64,000 nucleotides of DNA from Candidatus Eiseniibacteriota bacterium (GCA_963702435.1 CAVPCR010000004.1:694752-758751), one strand, 5' to 3'; positions 19,792-41,872 are shown, counted from the stretch's first letter. Notes: a model not told the origin generated them from the sequence alone. Numbers and translations are program-made.

Positions 19792-20178
19792 ATGTCGACC
19801 AAAGTTGATCAGGTCTTTGAGCTCATCACGGGGATGACGGTCCTCGAGATCAACGACCTCAAGAAGAAGTTCGAGACCGAGTTCGGGGATCACGGCCGCG
19901 GCGCCGATGATGATGGCCGGCATGATGCCGGGCATGGGCGGTGGCGCGGCGGCGGTCGAGGAGCAGACCGAGTTCGACGTCGTGCTGACCGGCGTCCGGC
20001 GACAAGAAGATCCAGGTCATCAAGGTGGTGCGCGAGCTCACCGGGCTCGGCCTCAAGGAGGCCAAGGACCTCGTCGACAGCGCGCCCAAGGCGGTCAAGG
20101 AGAAGGTCGTCCAAGGCCGAGGCCCTGGATATCAAGACCAAGATCGAGGAAGTGGGCGGCAACGTCGAGATCAAGTAG
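19792..20178 (+). CDS. rplL: 50S ribosomal protein L7/L12 (apparent indels)
   Basis: [38 protein letters not shown]. Confidence 0.95.
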   Translation: MSTKVDQVFELITGMTVLEINDLKKKFETEFGDHGRGADDDGRHDAGHGRWRGGGRGADRVRRRADRRPATRRSRSSRWCASSPGSASRRPRTSSTARPRRSRRRSSKAEALDIKTKIEEVGGNVEIK

Positions 20179-20370
20179 CCGCTGCCCGCGGGCGGCGCAG
20201 CGCGCGATCTCCGCGCGCAGCGTGTGCCCGCGGCGAGATAGCGCCTCGAGGCCAGATAGCCCGCCGATACGCCGGTCGGCGGGCTCCAGAGCGGGCTCCC
20301 GAGCGGCCCGCATCGCGCTGCACGCCGCCCGCGCGGCGGCAGCGGGCGGCGAGAAGGGAAAGCGAGTTCC

Positions 20371-24320
<3,950 letters not shown>

Positions 24321-24392
24321 ACCGCGGACGGTCGACCGGTGCGGACGTCGCGGATGACCGCAGACGCCGAGCGAGGCCGCACAGGAGGTCCG

Positions 24393-28692
<4,300 letters not shown>

Positions 28693-28698
28693 GAGCGC

Positions 28699-28727
28699 TC
28701 CCCGGCGGCCGGCCGCCGGGGATTTCC
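28699..28727 (+). terminator. Putative intrinsic terminator after rpoC
   Basis: TCCCCGGCGG-ccgg-CCGCCGGGGA followed by TTTCC. Confidence 0.5.
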
Positions 28728-28820
28728 AGGCCTTCCACCCCCGGCGGGCGGAACGGGCGGAAATTGGCCGGAATCGGCGGGAATCGTCGAGATCGGCCGG
28801 AATCAGGCCGGAATCGGGCC

Positions 28821-28850
28821 TTGACGCCTGCAACGGGCTTTCGATAGTAT
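28821..28850 (+). promoter_or_regulatory. Putative sigma70 promoter of the str operon
   Basis: TTGACG-N18-TAGTAT, about 110 nt upstream of rpsL. Confidence 0.6.
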
Positions 28851-28963
28851 CCGTAGTCTGCGCTTCACGCCATCGCGCGAAGCGGTGGATCGGTGAGTCA
28901 AGCGCAAGCGAACACGTCATTTAGCCTTGGCGGCCGGAGCCGCCGGGTAGGGAGAGCGATCTC

Positions 28964-29335
<372 letters not shown>

Positions 29336-29357
29336 AGCTCGAGGCCTGAGGTCGTCG

Positions 29358-29850
29358 ATGGCCGAGGGGACGGAGAGTCGAGAAAGCCGATTTCCAGCGT
29401 CGCGAGCCGGCAGCCGGATCCGAAGTACGACAACGTGCTCGTCACCCGCTTCATCAACTCCGTGATGAGGCGGGGCAAGAAGAGCACGGCCGAGCGGATC
29501 TTCTACGGCGCCTGCGGATCATCGAGGAGAAGACCGGGCAGGACGGGCTGCCGGTCTTGAAGCAGGCCCTCAACAACGTCAAGCCCGAACCTGGAGGTGA
29601 AGAGTCGCGGCGCGTCGGCGGGGCGACCTACCAGGTGCCGGTCGAGATCACGCCCGGAGCGGCGCAACGCGCTCTGGCGATGCGCTGGCTCATCTCCTAC
29701 GCTCGCGCTCGGCCGGACCACACGATGGCGGAGAAGCTGGCCGCGGAGATCATCGCGGCGTCCAAGAACGAGGGGGCGGCGATCAAGAAGCGGGAAGACA
29801 CGCACCAGATGGCCGAGGCCAACAAGGCCTTCGCCCACTACCGCTGGTAA
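29358..29850 (+). CDS. rpsG: 30S ribosomal protein S7 (apparent indels)
   Basis: [26 protein letters not shown]. Confidence 0.95.
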
Positions 29851-30247
29851 TCCGCCAAGTCGCTGACAAGCCCCATGCGCAGGTCGCGGAGCCCTCGCGG
29901 CTCCGATCAGGCGGCGCAATCCGACCGGGGCTCCTATAGCGGCTGCTCGAGACAACCAGACAACTGAACCGTCGTTCCGTGCCGGGATCGCGGGCCTCGC
30001 CAAGGCTCTTGATCCCCGAGGCGGGACGTGCGCGTCAGGCGACCAGGCCGGCGGAACTCCCCGCGGCGGGCGCCTCTTCGCGTCGCACATGAAGCGTCGC
30101 CCGGCGCCGAACTCGGTGCCGGCAGATCGCCCGCGGTCTCGTTTGCGGCCGCGCGTCGGATCGGGCGTTCGACGGACCGGGGGCCATGGGGGCCCTCGGC
30201 GCGAGGACATGCGGCCGCCGGGCCGCCAGATCGAGGTTCCAGGTCCC

Positions 30248-32361
30248 TTGGCTCGCCAGTTCTCCATAGAGAGACCTGCGCAACATCGGGATCATGGCCC
30301 ACATCGATGCCGGCAAGACCACCCTGACCGAGCGGATCCTCTTCTACACGGGCCGGATCCATCGCATGGGCGAGGTGCACGACGGCGCCGCCACCATGGA
30401 CTGGATGGAGCAGGAGCGGGAGCGCGGGATCACGATCACCTCGGCGGCCACGACCTGCCGTCTGGACGGACCACCAGATCAACATCATCGACACCCCCGG
30501 CCACGTCGACTTCACGGTCGAGGTCGAGCGGTCGCTGCGCGTCCTCGACGGCGCGATCGCCGTCTTCTGCGGCGTCGGCGGCGTCGAGCCGCAGTCCGAG
30601 ACGGTCTGGCGCCAGGCCGACAAGTACGGCGTCCCGCGCATCGCCTTCGTCAACAAGATGGACCGCGTCGGCGCCGACTTCTGACGTCGTCGTGCAGCAT
30701 GATGCGCGAGCGCCTGGGCGCGCAGCCGGTGCCGGTGCAGATGCCGGTCATGATGGGCGACATCTTCCAGGGGCATCATCGACCTGGTGGAGATGGAGTC
30801 GTGATCTACGTCGAGGAAGGCACGGCCGCACCACGGTCGTCAAGGAGCCCATCCCCAAGGACCTGGATCGCCGAGTGGCCGAAGAGCGCGCGGCACACGA
30901 TGCTCGAGGCGATCGCCGAGTACGACGACGAGCTGACTCGCAGCGCTACCTCGAGGCGCCACGATCACGCCGGCCGACTGATCAAGGAGGCGATCCGCCA
31001 GGGGACCATCGCCGCACGAGATCGTGCCCGGTGCTCGTGCGGCTCGCGCCTATCAAGAACAAGGGCGTGCGCCAGCTGCTCGACGCGCGTGGTCGACTAC
31101 CTGCCGTCGCCGGTCGACATGCCGCCGGTCGCGGGCACGAACCCTCGACACGCGAGAACGAGGTGGCGCGGCGGCCGACCGACGACGAGCCGTTCGCGGC
31201 CCTGGCTTTCAAGATCATGACCGACCCGTACGTCGGGCAAGCTGGCCTTCTTCCGCGTCTACTCGGGCACGGTCGAGACGGGCGACACGGTGTTGAACGT
31301 CGGCGACGCAGAAGCGGCGAGCGGATCGGCCGGATCGTGCGCATGCACGCCAACAAGCGCGAGGAGGTCGAGGAGGTCTACGCCGGCGAGATCGGCGCCG
31401 CTGGTGGGGCTTCGCAGGGTCGTCGACCGGCGACACGCTCTGCGGCTCCCGACCACCCGGTCGTGCTCGAGTCGATGCACTTCCCGGAGCCGGTCATCGC
31501 GGTGGCGATCGAGCCGAAGACCAAGGCCGACGAGGAGAAGCTCGGCAACGCGCTCCAGAAGCTGTCCGAGGAGGATCCGACCTTCCGCGTCAAGACGGAC
31601 GAGGAGACCGGCCAGACCATCATCTCCGGGATGGGCGAGCTGCACCTCGAGATCCTCGTCGACCGCATGCTGCCGCGAGTTCAAGGTCGAGGCGAACGGT
31701 CGGCAAGCCGCAGGTCGCCTATCGCGAGACGATCACGCGCGACGGTCGAGCAGCGCGAGCGCTTCGTGAAGCAGACCGGCGGCCACGGCCAGTACGGCGA
31801 CGTGACCATCCGGGTCGAGCCCGCTCCGGGGCAGGGCTTCGTCTTCGAGAACAAGATCGTGGGCGGCGTCATCCCGCGGGAGTACATCCCGGCCGTGCGA
31901 GCAGGGCGTCAAGGAGGCGATGCGAGAGCGGCGTCGCTCGCCGGCTACCCGGTGGTCGACGTCAAGGTCACGCTCCTCGACGGCTCCTACCACGAGGTCG
32001 ACTCGTCCGAGATGGCGTTCAAGATCGCCGGTCGATGGCGCCATCAAGGAGGCGATCGGCAAGGCCTCGCCCCGGCTGCTCGAGCCGGTCATGGACGTCG
32101 AGGTGGTCGTCCCCGAGGAGTACATGGGCGAGGTCATCGGCGACCTGACCGCGCGGCGCGGGCAGATCGGCGGCATGTTCGAGCGCGGCGACGCGCGCGT
32201 CGTCGCGGCCCACGTGCCGCTGGCCGAGATGTTCGGATACGCGACGCGGCTGCGCTCGATGACCCAGGGGCGGGCGATCTACACCATGCAGTTCTCCCGC
32301 TACGACGGCGGTGCCCGAAGCAGCTGGCCGAGGAGATCTGGTCAAGAAGGCCAGCGGCTAG
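30248..32361 (+). CDS. fusA: Elongation factor G (heavily frameshifted in assembly)
   Basis: [53 protein letters not shown]. Confidence 0.96.
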
Positions 32362-32425
32362 ACGCCGGTCTGGGCGCCGCCGGCCGGCGGCCGCGCGCGG
32401 TCCTGATGAGGAGGCATTCGAGGAG

Positions 32426-33625
<1,200 letters not shown>

Positions 33626-33645
33626 CCGGCGAGGGAATCGAGCGC

Positions 33646-33964
<319 letters not shown>

Positions 33965-33997
33965 CGGGGCCACAGGCGGGAACCAGGAGGACAGGCG

Positions 33998-34706
33998 ATG
34001 ATCGGGACTGATCGGGCGAAGAAATCGGCATGACCCAGATCTTCGACCGAGACGGGAAGGCTGGTCCCGGTGACCGTCATCGAGGCCGGGCCGTGCACCG
34101 GTCGTCGCAGCTGCGGACGCCGGAGACGCGACGGCTACACGGCGGTGCAGCTCGGGCTTCGGGCGCAAGCCAGGAGCGCACGTTCACCCGGCCGCGGCTC
34201 GGGCAGTTCAAGGCGCAAGCCGGTGCCTCCGCAGCGCCAGCTCCGCGAGTTCCGCGCGGCCGAGCCGGCCGGCTTCACGGTCGGCCAGAGCTCACGGTCG
34301 AGCAGTTCGAGCGGGCGCCGCGTCGACGTCGATCGGGATGACCAAGGGCAAGGGCTTCCAGGGCGTGGTCAAGCGCCACCGCTTCCACGGCGGCCCCGCC
34401 AGCCACGGCTCGAAGACCGGGCAAGCATGCCGGGCTCGATCGGCGTCGAGCGCTGGACCCGTCGCGCGTCTCAAGGGCACGAGCTCCCCGGCCACATGGG
34501 CGAGCGACCTGACCGTGCGGAACCTGAGAGTGGTCGGACTCGACCGAGCGCAACCTGATCTGGTCGAGGGATCGATCCCGGGCGCGATGAACACCATCGT
34601 GCTCATGCGGCCGGCGTCGCGGCCAGCGAGCGCCGTCGGCAACGGCCTGGGCATCAGGTCAAGCAGCCGACCAGGAAGGCCGGACGATCGCAGCAAGAAG
34701 AAGTAG
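33998..34706 (+). CDS. rplC: 50S ribosomal protein L3 (apparent indels)
   Basis: GMTQIF, PVTVIEAGPC, DGYTAVQLG, TKGKGFQGVVKRH. Confidence 0.92.
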
Positions 34707-34709
34707 ACC

Positions 34710-35352
34710 ATGGACGCCAAGCACTTCAACGCGCAAGGCGAGGACGAGGGGACGATCGAGCTCCCGGCCGCGCTGTTCGAGCAGCCGATGCAACGAGCAC
34801 GTGATGTGGGAGGTCGGTGACGCAGCTACCTCGCCAACCAGCGCCAGGGCACCTCGGCAGGTCAAGACCCGCGGCCTGGTCTCGCGGCGGCGGCAAGAAG
34901 CCGTTCCGCCAGAAGGGCACCGGGCGCGCGCGCGCAGGGCTCGACCCGCTCGCCGCTGTGGAAGCGCGGCGCCCGCGCCTTCGGGCCGCAGCCGCGCGAC
35001 TACCGCATCGAGATCCCGAAGAAGGAGCGGCGGGCTGGCGCTGCGCTCGGCGCTGTCGGCGCGGGCCGGCGACCTCGCCATCGCGGTGCGTCGATCCGCT
35101 CGGACTCGACGGCCCCGGCGACCAGGACCGTGGCCTCGCTGCTCAGGAAGCTCGGCCTCGACGGGCAAGAGCTGCCTGCTCGTCCTCGGCGATCACGACG
35201 AGAACATCCACATGTCGACGCGCGCAACCTCCCCGGGTCAGGACCATCGCGGTCGCCAGCAGCTGAACCCCTACGAGCGTCATGCAGAGCGAGGCGATCC
35301 TGATCGACGACGAGCGGGCTCGCGCAAGATCGAGGAGGTCGTGCGCTCATGA
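34710..35352 (+). CDS. rplD: 50S ribosomal protein L4 (apparent indels)
   Basis: RQGT..VKTR, GGGKKPFRQKGTGRAR, FGPQPRDY. Confidence 0.92.
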
Positions 35353-35637
35353 AGGACCCCCGGCAGATCGTCGGCGGGCGCTGATCACCGAGAAGGGCGC
35401 CCGCTTCGCGAGAAGAACAACGTCTACTTCTTCGAGGTGGCCACCGAGGCGAACAAGATCGAGATCGCGCACGCGGTCGAGACGATCTTCAACGTCAAGG
35501 TCAGGGCGGTGCGCACCATCAACTGCGCAGGCAAGCTCAAGCGCCTGGGACGCTATGCCGGCCAGCGCTCAGCATGGAAGAAGGCGATCGTCACGCTCAA
35601 GGCCGGCCAGACGATCGAGCTGTTCGACCAGGTCTAG
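35349..35637 (+). CDS. rplW: 50S ribosomal protein L23 (apparent indels)
   Basis: [30 protein letters not shown]. Confidence 0.93.
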
Positions 35638-35647
35638 AGGAACGGCC

Positions 35648-36493
35648 ATGGCGGATCAAGAAATTCAAGCCGGTCACCCCGACGCTCCGGTACAAGACGG
35701 TCTCCGACTTCGCGGAGATCACGAAGACGCAAGCCCGAGAAGTCGCTGATCGAGCGGTCTCCGGCGCGACGGGCGGGCGCAACAACCACGGTCACGTGTC
35801 CGCCCGCTGCATCGGCGGCGGGCACAAGCGGCGCTACCGGATCATCGATTTCCGGCGGGACAAGGACGGCATCCCGGCGAGGGTGGCGAGCGATCGAGTA
35901 CGACCCGAACCGCTCGGCGCGCATCGCGCTGCTCCACTACGCCGACGGCGAGAAGCGCTACATCCTGGCGCCGGTCGGCGTCGGGGTCGGCGACACGGTG
36001 ATGTCGGGGTCCGGACGCCGAGATCCGCGCCGGGGAACTGCGCTGCCGCTCCGCAGAGCGTCCCGCTCGGCACCAGCATCCACAACGTCGAGCTGATTCC
36101 CGGGCAAGGGCGGCCAGGTGGCGCGCTGGCGCCGGCACGTACTGCCAGCTCATGGCCAAGGAAGGGCGACTACGCGCAGCTGCGGCTGCCGTCGGGCGAG
36201 GTGCGGAAGTTCGACCTCGACTGCACTGCACGATCGGCAAGGTCGGGCAACCTCGACCACGAGAACATCGTGATCGGCAAGGCCGGGCCGGAGCCGCTGG
36301 CTCGGCAGGCGGCCGCAGCGTCGCGCGGCGTGGCCATGAACCCGCACGACCACCCGATGGGCGGCGGCGAGGGCAAGACGCTCCGGCGGGCGGCATCCGT
36401 GCACGCCCTGGGGCAAGCCGACCAAGGGTTTCAAGACGCGCAAGAAGAAGCTGTCGGACAAGCTGCATCGTCCGCCGGCGCGAGCAGAAGTAC
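35648..36493 (+). CDS. rplB: 50S ribosomal protein L2 (apparent indels; end approximate)
   Basis: [45 protein letters not shown]. Confidence 0.95.
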
Positions 36494-36510
36494 GCGACGG
36501 AGGGATCGCC

Positions 36511-36797
36511 ATGGCACGTTCGATCAAGAAGGGTCCGTTCGTCGACGCGAAGCTCTTCGGACGAAGATCGAGACGATGAACAAGGAGCGGGAGAAGAAGG
36601 TGCTCAGGACCTGGGCGCGCCGCTCGACGGTGCTGCCCGAGTTCGTCGGGCACACCCTCGCGGTGCACAACGGCAACAAGTTCATCCCGATCTACGTCAC
36701 CGAGAACATGGTCGGCCACAAGCTCGGCGAGTTCGCGCCGACGCGGATCTTCCGCGGGCACGCGCAAGTCGGACAAGACACGTCGGTCCGCAAGTAG
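36511..36797 (+). CDS. rpsS: 30S ribosomal protein S19 (apparent indels)
   Basis: [35 protein letters not shown]. Confidence 0.95.
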
Positions 36798-36844
36798 CGG
36801 AGCGACCGAGCCGGAGCCGCAGGGACCGGAGCAAGCGAGGAGCA

Positions 36845-37243
36845 ATGGAAGCCAGAGCCATCGCCCGTACGTGCGGATCTCGCCGCGCAAGGCGGACCGG
36901 GTGCTCGGCTGATCCGCGGGCTGCACGTGGAGCAGGCGCAGGACGATCGCTGAGCTTCACGCCCGAAGCGGATGCGCGCAAGCCGATCAGCAAGGTCCTG
37001 AAGTCGGCGGTGGCGAACGCCGACTGAAGGCACGAGGACGAAGATCGACCTGCGAGGACCTCGTACGTGAAGGCGGCCGTCGTCGGGGCGGCCCGACCAT
37101 GAAGCGCTTCCTGCCGCGGGCGCAGGGGCGCGGCCACCCCGATTCTGAAGCGGACGAGCCACATCACGATCGTGGTGGCGACGCGAGACGAGATGCCGGA
37201 CGCCAGGCGCTCGCAGCCGATGGCCGCGCAGGCCAAGGCCTAG
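36845..37243 (+). CDS. rplV: 50S ribosomal protein L22 (apparent indels)
   Basis: RISPRK, LKSAVANA, MKRFLPRAQGR, KRTSHITI. Confidence 0.92.
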
Positions 37244-37261
37244 CGGACCGAGGAGAGCTCT

Positions 37262-37977
37262 TTGGGACAGAAGACCAATCCGATCGGTTTGCGGCTGGGG
37301 ATCATCAGGACCTGGGACTCGCGCTGGTTCGCCAAGAAGCGAATACGCGAACCTGCTCGAGGAGGACCTCTTCATCCGGCAGTACCTGAAGAAGCGGCTC
37401 GCCAGGCGGCGTCTCCAAGATCATGATCGAGCGCGCGGCGCGACAAGGTCGACGTGACGATCCACACGCCCGGCCGGGCATGGTCATCGGCCGCAAGCGG
37501 CCAGCAGGTCAACCAGCTCCGCGATGAGCTGCAGCACCTCACGAAGAAGCAGGTCCTCCTCGACATCGAGGAGATCGAGCGAGCCGGACGTCGACGCCCA
37601 GCTCGTGGCCGAGCACATCGCCGGCAGCTCGAGCAGCGCGTCTCCTTCCGGCGGGCCATGAAGAAGGCGCTCTCCTCGGCATGCGCTCCGGCGCGCTGGG
37701 CATCCGCGTCGCCTGCTCGGGCCGCCTGGGCGGCGCCGAGATGTCGCGCTCCGAGAGCTACCGCGAGGGGCGGGTGCCGCTGCACACGCTGCGCGCGGAC
37801 ATCGACTTCGCCCGGGCCACGGCCGTCACCACCTACGGGTGCATCGGGGTGAAGGTCTGGATCTTCCACGGCGAGAGTCCTCGGCAACGAGAGGCCCCGA
37901 GACGGCGGCCGCCGAGCCCAAGCCGCGGCGTCCGTCCGCGGCAGTCGGCCCTGGCCGGACCGACGAGCGAGGAGTAG
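37262..37977 (+). CDS. rpsC: 30S ribosomal protein S3 (apparent indels)
   Basis: [44 protein letters not shown]. Confidence 0.95.
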
Positions 37978-37982
37978 GAGCC

Positions 37983-38409
37983 ATGCTGATGCCGAAGCGG
38001 GTCAAGTACCGCAAGCAGCAGCGCGGCCGGATGGCGCGGCATGGCCTACCGCGGCGCGCACGGTGGCCTTCGGCGAGTTCGGGCTGCAAGGCGCTGGAGC
38101 CGGCTGGGTCACCAACCGGCAGATCGAGGCCGCGCGCGTCGCCATCAACCGCGCACATCAAGCGCGGCGGCAAGATGTGGATCCGCATCTTCCCCGACAA
38201 GCCGGTGACGCAAGAAGCCGGCCGAGACCCGCATGGGCAAGGGCAAGGGCACTCCCGAGTTCTGGGTGGCGGTGGTCAAGCCGGGCCGGGTCATGTTCGA
38301 GCTCGAGGGGATCGATGAGCCGATGGCCCGCCGCGCGCTCGAGCTCGGGGCGTCCAAGCTGCCGCTCCGCACGCGTTTCGTCACGCGTGAAGAGCTGGCG
38401 GGCGAGTGA
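37983..38409 (+). CDS. rplP: 50S ribosomal protein L16 (apparent indels)
   Basis: [31 protein letters not shown]. Confidence 0.95.
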
Positions 38410-38471
38410 CGGGGCGGGCAGGGGTGAGCGACGGCCGGTAGCGGCGGATAACGCGGCAGGGAACGACGATC

Positions 38472-38942
38472 ATGCGTGAACTGAATCCACACAAGGTGCG
38501 CGAGATGTCGGCGGAAGAGGTGCGGCTCAAGGTCCGCGACCTCCGGGAGGAGATGTTCAACCTCCGCTTCCGGAACTCGATGCGGCAGCTCGACAACCCG
38601 CTCAAGCTGCGCGAGGCGCGCCGCGACATGGCCCGGCTCCTCACCATCCTGAAGGAGCACGATATGGGCCTCCGGGCGCTCGGCACCGGGCTCGCCGCCA
38701 AGGGCGGCGCGGCGGCCGCGGTCGCCGGCGGCGCGGCGGTCGCCCCGGAGAAGAAGGCCGCGGCGAAGAAGACCGTGAAGAAGAAGACCGCGGCCAGGAA
38801 GCCGGCCGCCAGGAAGACGACGACCGGGAAGGCGGCGCCGCCCAAGGCGGCGGCCAAGAAGCCGGCCGCCAAGAAGCCGGTGGCGGCCAGAGCGGCGAGC
38901 CGGAAGACCACGCGCAAGGCGCCGGCCGGCGCCGGCAAGTAG
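38472..38942 (+). CDS. rpmC: 50S ribosomal protein L29 fused to a Lys/Ala/Pro-rich tail
   Basis: LREEMFNLRF...LDNP..LREARRDMARLLT; between rplP and rpsQ. Confidence 0.93.
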   Translation: MRELNPHKVREMSAEEVRLKVRDLREEMFNLRFRNSMRQLDNPLKLREARRDMARLLTILKEHDMGLRALGTGLAAKGGAAAAVAGGAAVAPEKKAAAKKTVKKKTAARKPAARKTTTGKAAPPKAAAKKPAAKKPVAARAASRKTTRKAPAGAGK

Positions 38943-38987
38943 AACCGACAGGACCAAGGCGAGAGGACTCAAGTGGGCGAGAGCACG

Positions 38988-39269
38988 ATGGAAGAGACCA
39001 CGCAAGCGACCACGAGCGAGCGCAAGCTCCGGAAGATCCGGGTCGGGACGGTCGTCTCGGACAAGATGCAGAAGACCGTCGTCGTCCAGATCGAGCACCT
39101 CGTCAAGCACCCGACCTACAGCCGCTACGTGCGGCAGCGGAAGCGGTACCAGGTGCACGACGAGAAGAACCAGTGCCACATCGGCGACGTGGTTTCCTTC
39201 ATGGAGACCCGCCCGCTGAGCAAGGCCAAGCGCTGGCGCCTGGTCGAGATCATCGAGCGCGCCAAGTAG
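38988..39269 (+). CDS. rpsQ: 30S ribosomal protein S17
   Basis: [30 protein letters not shown]. Confidence 0.96.
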   Translation: MEETTQATTSERKLRKIRVGTVVSDKMQKTVVVQIEHLVKHPTYSRYVRQRKRYQVHDEKNQCHIGDVVSFMETRPLSKAKRWRLVEIIERAK

Positions 39270-39350
39270 GCGGGCCATAACGACGTTGCGCCGTGCCCCG
39301 GACCGAACGGAGGGGCGCCGCGCGAGAACGGTGATCGGGAGTAGGGAGCG

Positions 39351-39719
39351 ATGATTCAGCTCAGGACCATGCTGACCATCTCGGACAACTCCGGGGCGCG
39401 GGTGGCCCAGTGCATCAAGGTGCTGGGCGGCACCGGGCGGCGCTATGCGGGGCTCGGCGACATCGTGGTGGTCGCGGTCAAGGACGCGATCCCCGGCGCT
39501 CCGGTGAAGAAGGGCGATGTGGCCAAGGCGGTCATCATCCGCACGCGCAAGGAGCAGCGCCGCAAGGACGGTTCCTACATCCGCTTCGACCAGAACGCGG
39601 CGGTGCTGATCAACGACCAGAAGGAGCCGCGCGGCACCCGCATCTTCGGCCCCGTGGCTCGCGAGCTGCGCGAGAAGGAATTCATGAAGATCATCTCGCT
39701 GGCTCCGGAGGTGATCTGA
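39351..39719 (+). CDS. rplN: 50S ribosomal protein L14
   Basis: [24 protein letters not shown]. Confidence 0.97.
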   Translation: MIQLRTMLTISDNSGARVAQCIKVLGGTGRRYAGLGDIVVVAVKDAIPGAPVKKGDVAKAVIIRTRKEQRRKDGSYIRFDQNAAVLINDQKEPRGTRIFGPVARELREKEFMKIISLAPEVI

Positions 39720-40047
39720 TGGCTCGGCAGATGCACATCGCCAAGGGCGACACGGTCGAGGTGATCGGCGGGGACGACAAGGGGAAGCGGGGCAGGGTCC
39801 TGAAGACCTTGCCGAGAAGAGTCGCATCATCGTCGAGAAGGTCAACTTCATAAAGCGGCACACGCGGCCGACCCAGAAGAACCCGAAGGGCGGGATCCTC
39901 GAGAAGGAGGCCCCGATCCACGTCTCGAACGTGCTGATCGTCTGCCCGAAGTGCGGCGAGAAGACGCGCATGGGCATGAAGCGGCTCGCCGACGGGACCA
40001 AGGAGCGGGTGTGCAAGAGCTGCCAGGAGATGATCCCGCGCGGCTAG
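39719..40047 (+). CDS. rplX: 50S ribosomal protein L24 (one apparent indel near 39815)
   Basis: [17 protein letters not shown] (KOW), EAPIHVSNV. Confidence 0.94.
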
Positions 40048-40067
40048 CCCGGTGGGGAAAGTAAGAG

Positions 40068-40610
40068 ATGAAGCCCAGGATCCAGCTGTTCTACGAGACC
40101 GAGGTGGTGCCGGCGCTGATGGAGCGTTTCCGCTACAAGAGCGTGATGCAGGCGCCGCGGCTGACCAAGATCGTGGTCAACATGGGTGTCGGCGACGCGA
40201 TCCAGGACACGAAGAACCTGGACGCGGCGGTCGACGAGCTGAAGACCATCACCGGACAGCGCCCGACGGTCCGCCGCGCCAAGAAGTCGATCTCGAACTT
40301 CAAGCTGCGCGAGGGGATGCCGATCGGTGCGGCGGTCACGCTGCGCGGCTCGCGCATGTACGAGTTCTACGACCGGTTCGTGAACGTGGCGATGCCGCGC
40401 ATCCGCGACTTCCGCGGTCTTCCGGATAAGTCGTTCGACGGGCACGGCAATTACTCGCTCGGGCTGACCGAGCAGATCATCTTCCCCGAGATCAATTACG
40501 ACAAGGTGCACAAGGTCCGGGGCATGGACGTGACCATCGTGACGACCGCGCAGACCGACGAGGAGGGGAAAGAGCTCCTCCGCCTGATGAAGATGCCGTT
40601 CCGCCGATAG
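40068..40610 (+). CDS. rplE: 50S ribosomal protein L5
   Basis: [26 protein letters not shown]. Confidence 0.97.
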   Translation: MKPRIQLFYETEVVPALMERFRYKSVMQAPRLTKIVVNMGVGDAIQDTKNLDAAVDELKTITGQRPTVRRAKKSISNFKLREGMPIGAAVTLRGSRMYEFYDRFVNVAMPRIRDFRGLPDKSFDGHGNYSLGLTEQIIFPEINYDKVHKVRGMDVTIVTTAQTDEEGKELLRLMKMPFRR

Positions 40611-40631
40611 CGGCGGGAAGAGGTTGGAAAC

Positions 40632-40817
40632 GTGGCAAAGAAGTCGTGGATCGAGAAGTGCAAGCGGACGCCGAAGTTCCAGGTGCGCGCCTACACTCGC
40701 TGCCGCCGCTGCGGCCGCCCGCGCGCGTTCATGCGGCAGTTCGGCATGTGCCGCATCTGCTTCCGCGATCTCGCGCTCTCCGGCGAGGTCCCGGGAGTGG
40801 TGAAGGCTAGCTGGTAG
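40632..40817 (+). CDS. rpsN: 30S ribosomal protein S14, type Z (Zn-binding)
   Basis: RCRRCGRPR...CRICFR; 61 aa. Confidence 0.96.
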   Translation: MAKKSWIEKCKRTPKFQVRAYTRCRRCGRPRAFMRQFGMCRICFRDLALSGEVPGVVKASW

Positions 40818-40913
40818 CCGGAAGCCGGAACCGGGCCCGGGCGGGACATCCGCGGATTCCCGCCGCAGGGCTCCAGCCGGCGGCGTCCATACGTTCGCCA
40901 GGAGGTTTGCGCA

Positions 40914-41313
40914 GTGTCCGTCTCCGATCCGATCGCCGATTTTCTGACGTGCATCCGTAACTCGCTGCACGCCAAGAAGCGGCACGTGGACATTCCATCC
41001 TCGAACATGAAGCGTGCGATCGCCGAGGTGCTGCACAAGGAGCGCTTCATCCGCGGCTTCAAGGTGATCGAGGACTCGAAGCAGAACGTGATCCGCGTGT
41101 ACCTGAAGTACGCGCCCAACGAGAAGCCGGTGATCCGGGGGATCAAGCGCGTCTCCACGCCGGGGCGGCGGGTGTACGTCGGCAAGGACGAACTGCCGCG
41201 CGTGCTCGGCGGGCCTGGGGACCGCGGTGATCTCGACCACTCGCGGCATCGTGACCGACCGTGAGGCCCGGCAGCAGGGCCTGGGCGGCGAAGTCATCTG
41301 CCACATCTGGTAG
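40914..41313 (+). CDS. rpsH: 30S ribosomal protein S8 (one apparent indel near 41215)
   Basis: [29 protein letters not shown]. Confidence 0.95.
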
Positions 41314-41329
41314 GAGCGCGGGAGAAACC

Positions 41330-41872
41330 ATGTCCAGGGTAGGCAAGAAGTTGATCCCGCTGCCGCAGGGCGTCGACGTCGGGGCAGCCGGGAGCACGGT
41401 CAAGGTGAAGGGGCCGAGGGGCGAGAACGCCTTCGATCTGCCGCGCGGCTTCCGGCTCCACGTCGAAGGCGGCGTCGCGTCTATCGTGCGCGAGCGCAAC
41501 GACGCGCAGGCGAGCGCTCTGCACGGGCTCTCTCGCGCGATCATCGCCAACATGGTGCACGGGGTGAGCCAGGGTTTCACGCGCGTGCTCGAGATCGAGG
41601 GCATGGGCTACAAGGCGGAGATGAAGGGCCGCACCCTCGAGCTCCAGCTTGGATACTCGCATCCCGTGATCTACGAGTTGCCTGCGGGCATCGATGGGCG
41701 CTGCGAATCGCCGACGCGCATCGTGCTCACCGGCATTGACAAGGGGCTGCTGGGCCAGGTCGCAGCCAATGTGCGCGCCTTCCGGCCGCCGGAGCCCTAC
41801 AAGGGCAAGGGCGTCCGTTACCAAGGCGAGCAGATCCGGCGGAAGGCCGGGAAGTCGGCGGCCGGTGCCTGA
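41330..41872 (+). CDS. rplF: 50S ribosomal protein L6
   Basis: MSRVGKK, LGYSHP, PEPYKGKGVRY. Confidence 0.97.
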   Translation: MSRVGKKLIPLPQGVDVGAAGSTVKVKGPRGENAFDLPRGFRLHVEGGVASIVRERNDAQASALHGLSRAIIANMVHGVSQGFTRVLEIEGMGYKAEMKGRTLELQLGYSHPVIYELPAGIDGRCESPTRIVLTGIDKGLLGQVAANVRAFRPPEPYKGKGVRYQGEQIRRKAGKSAAGA

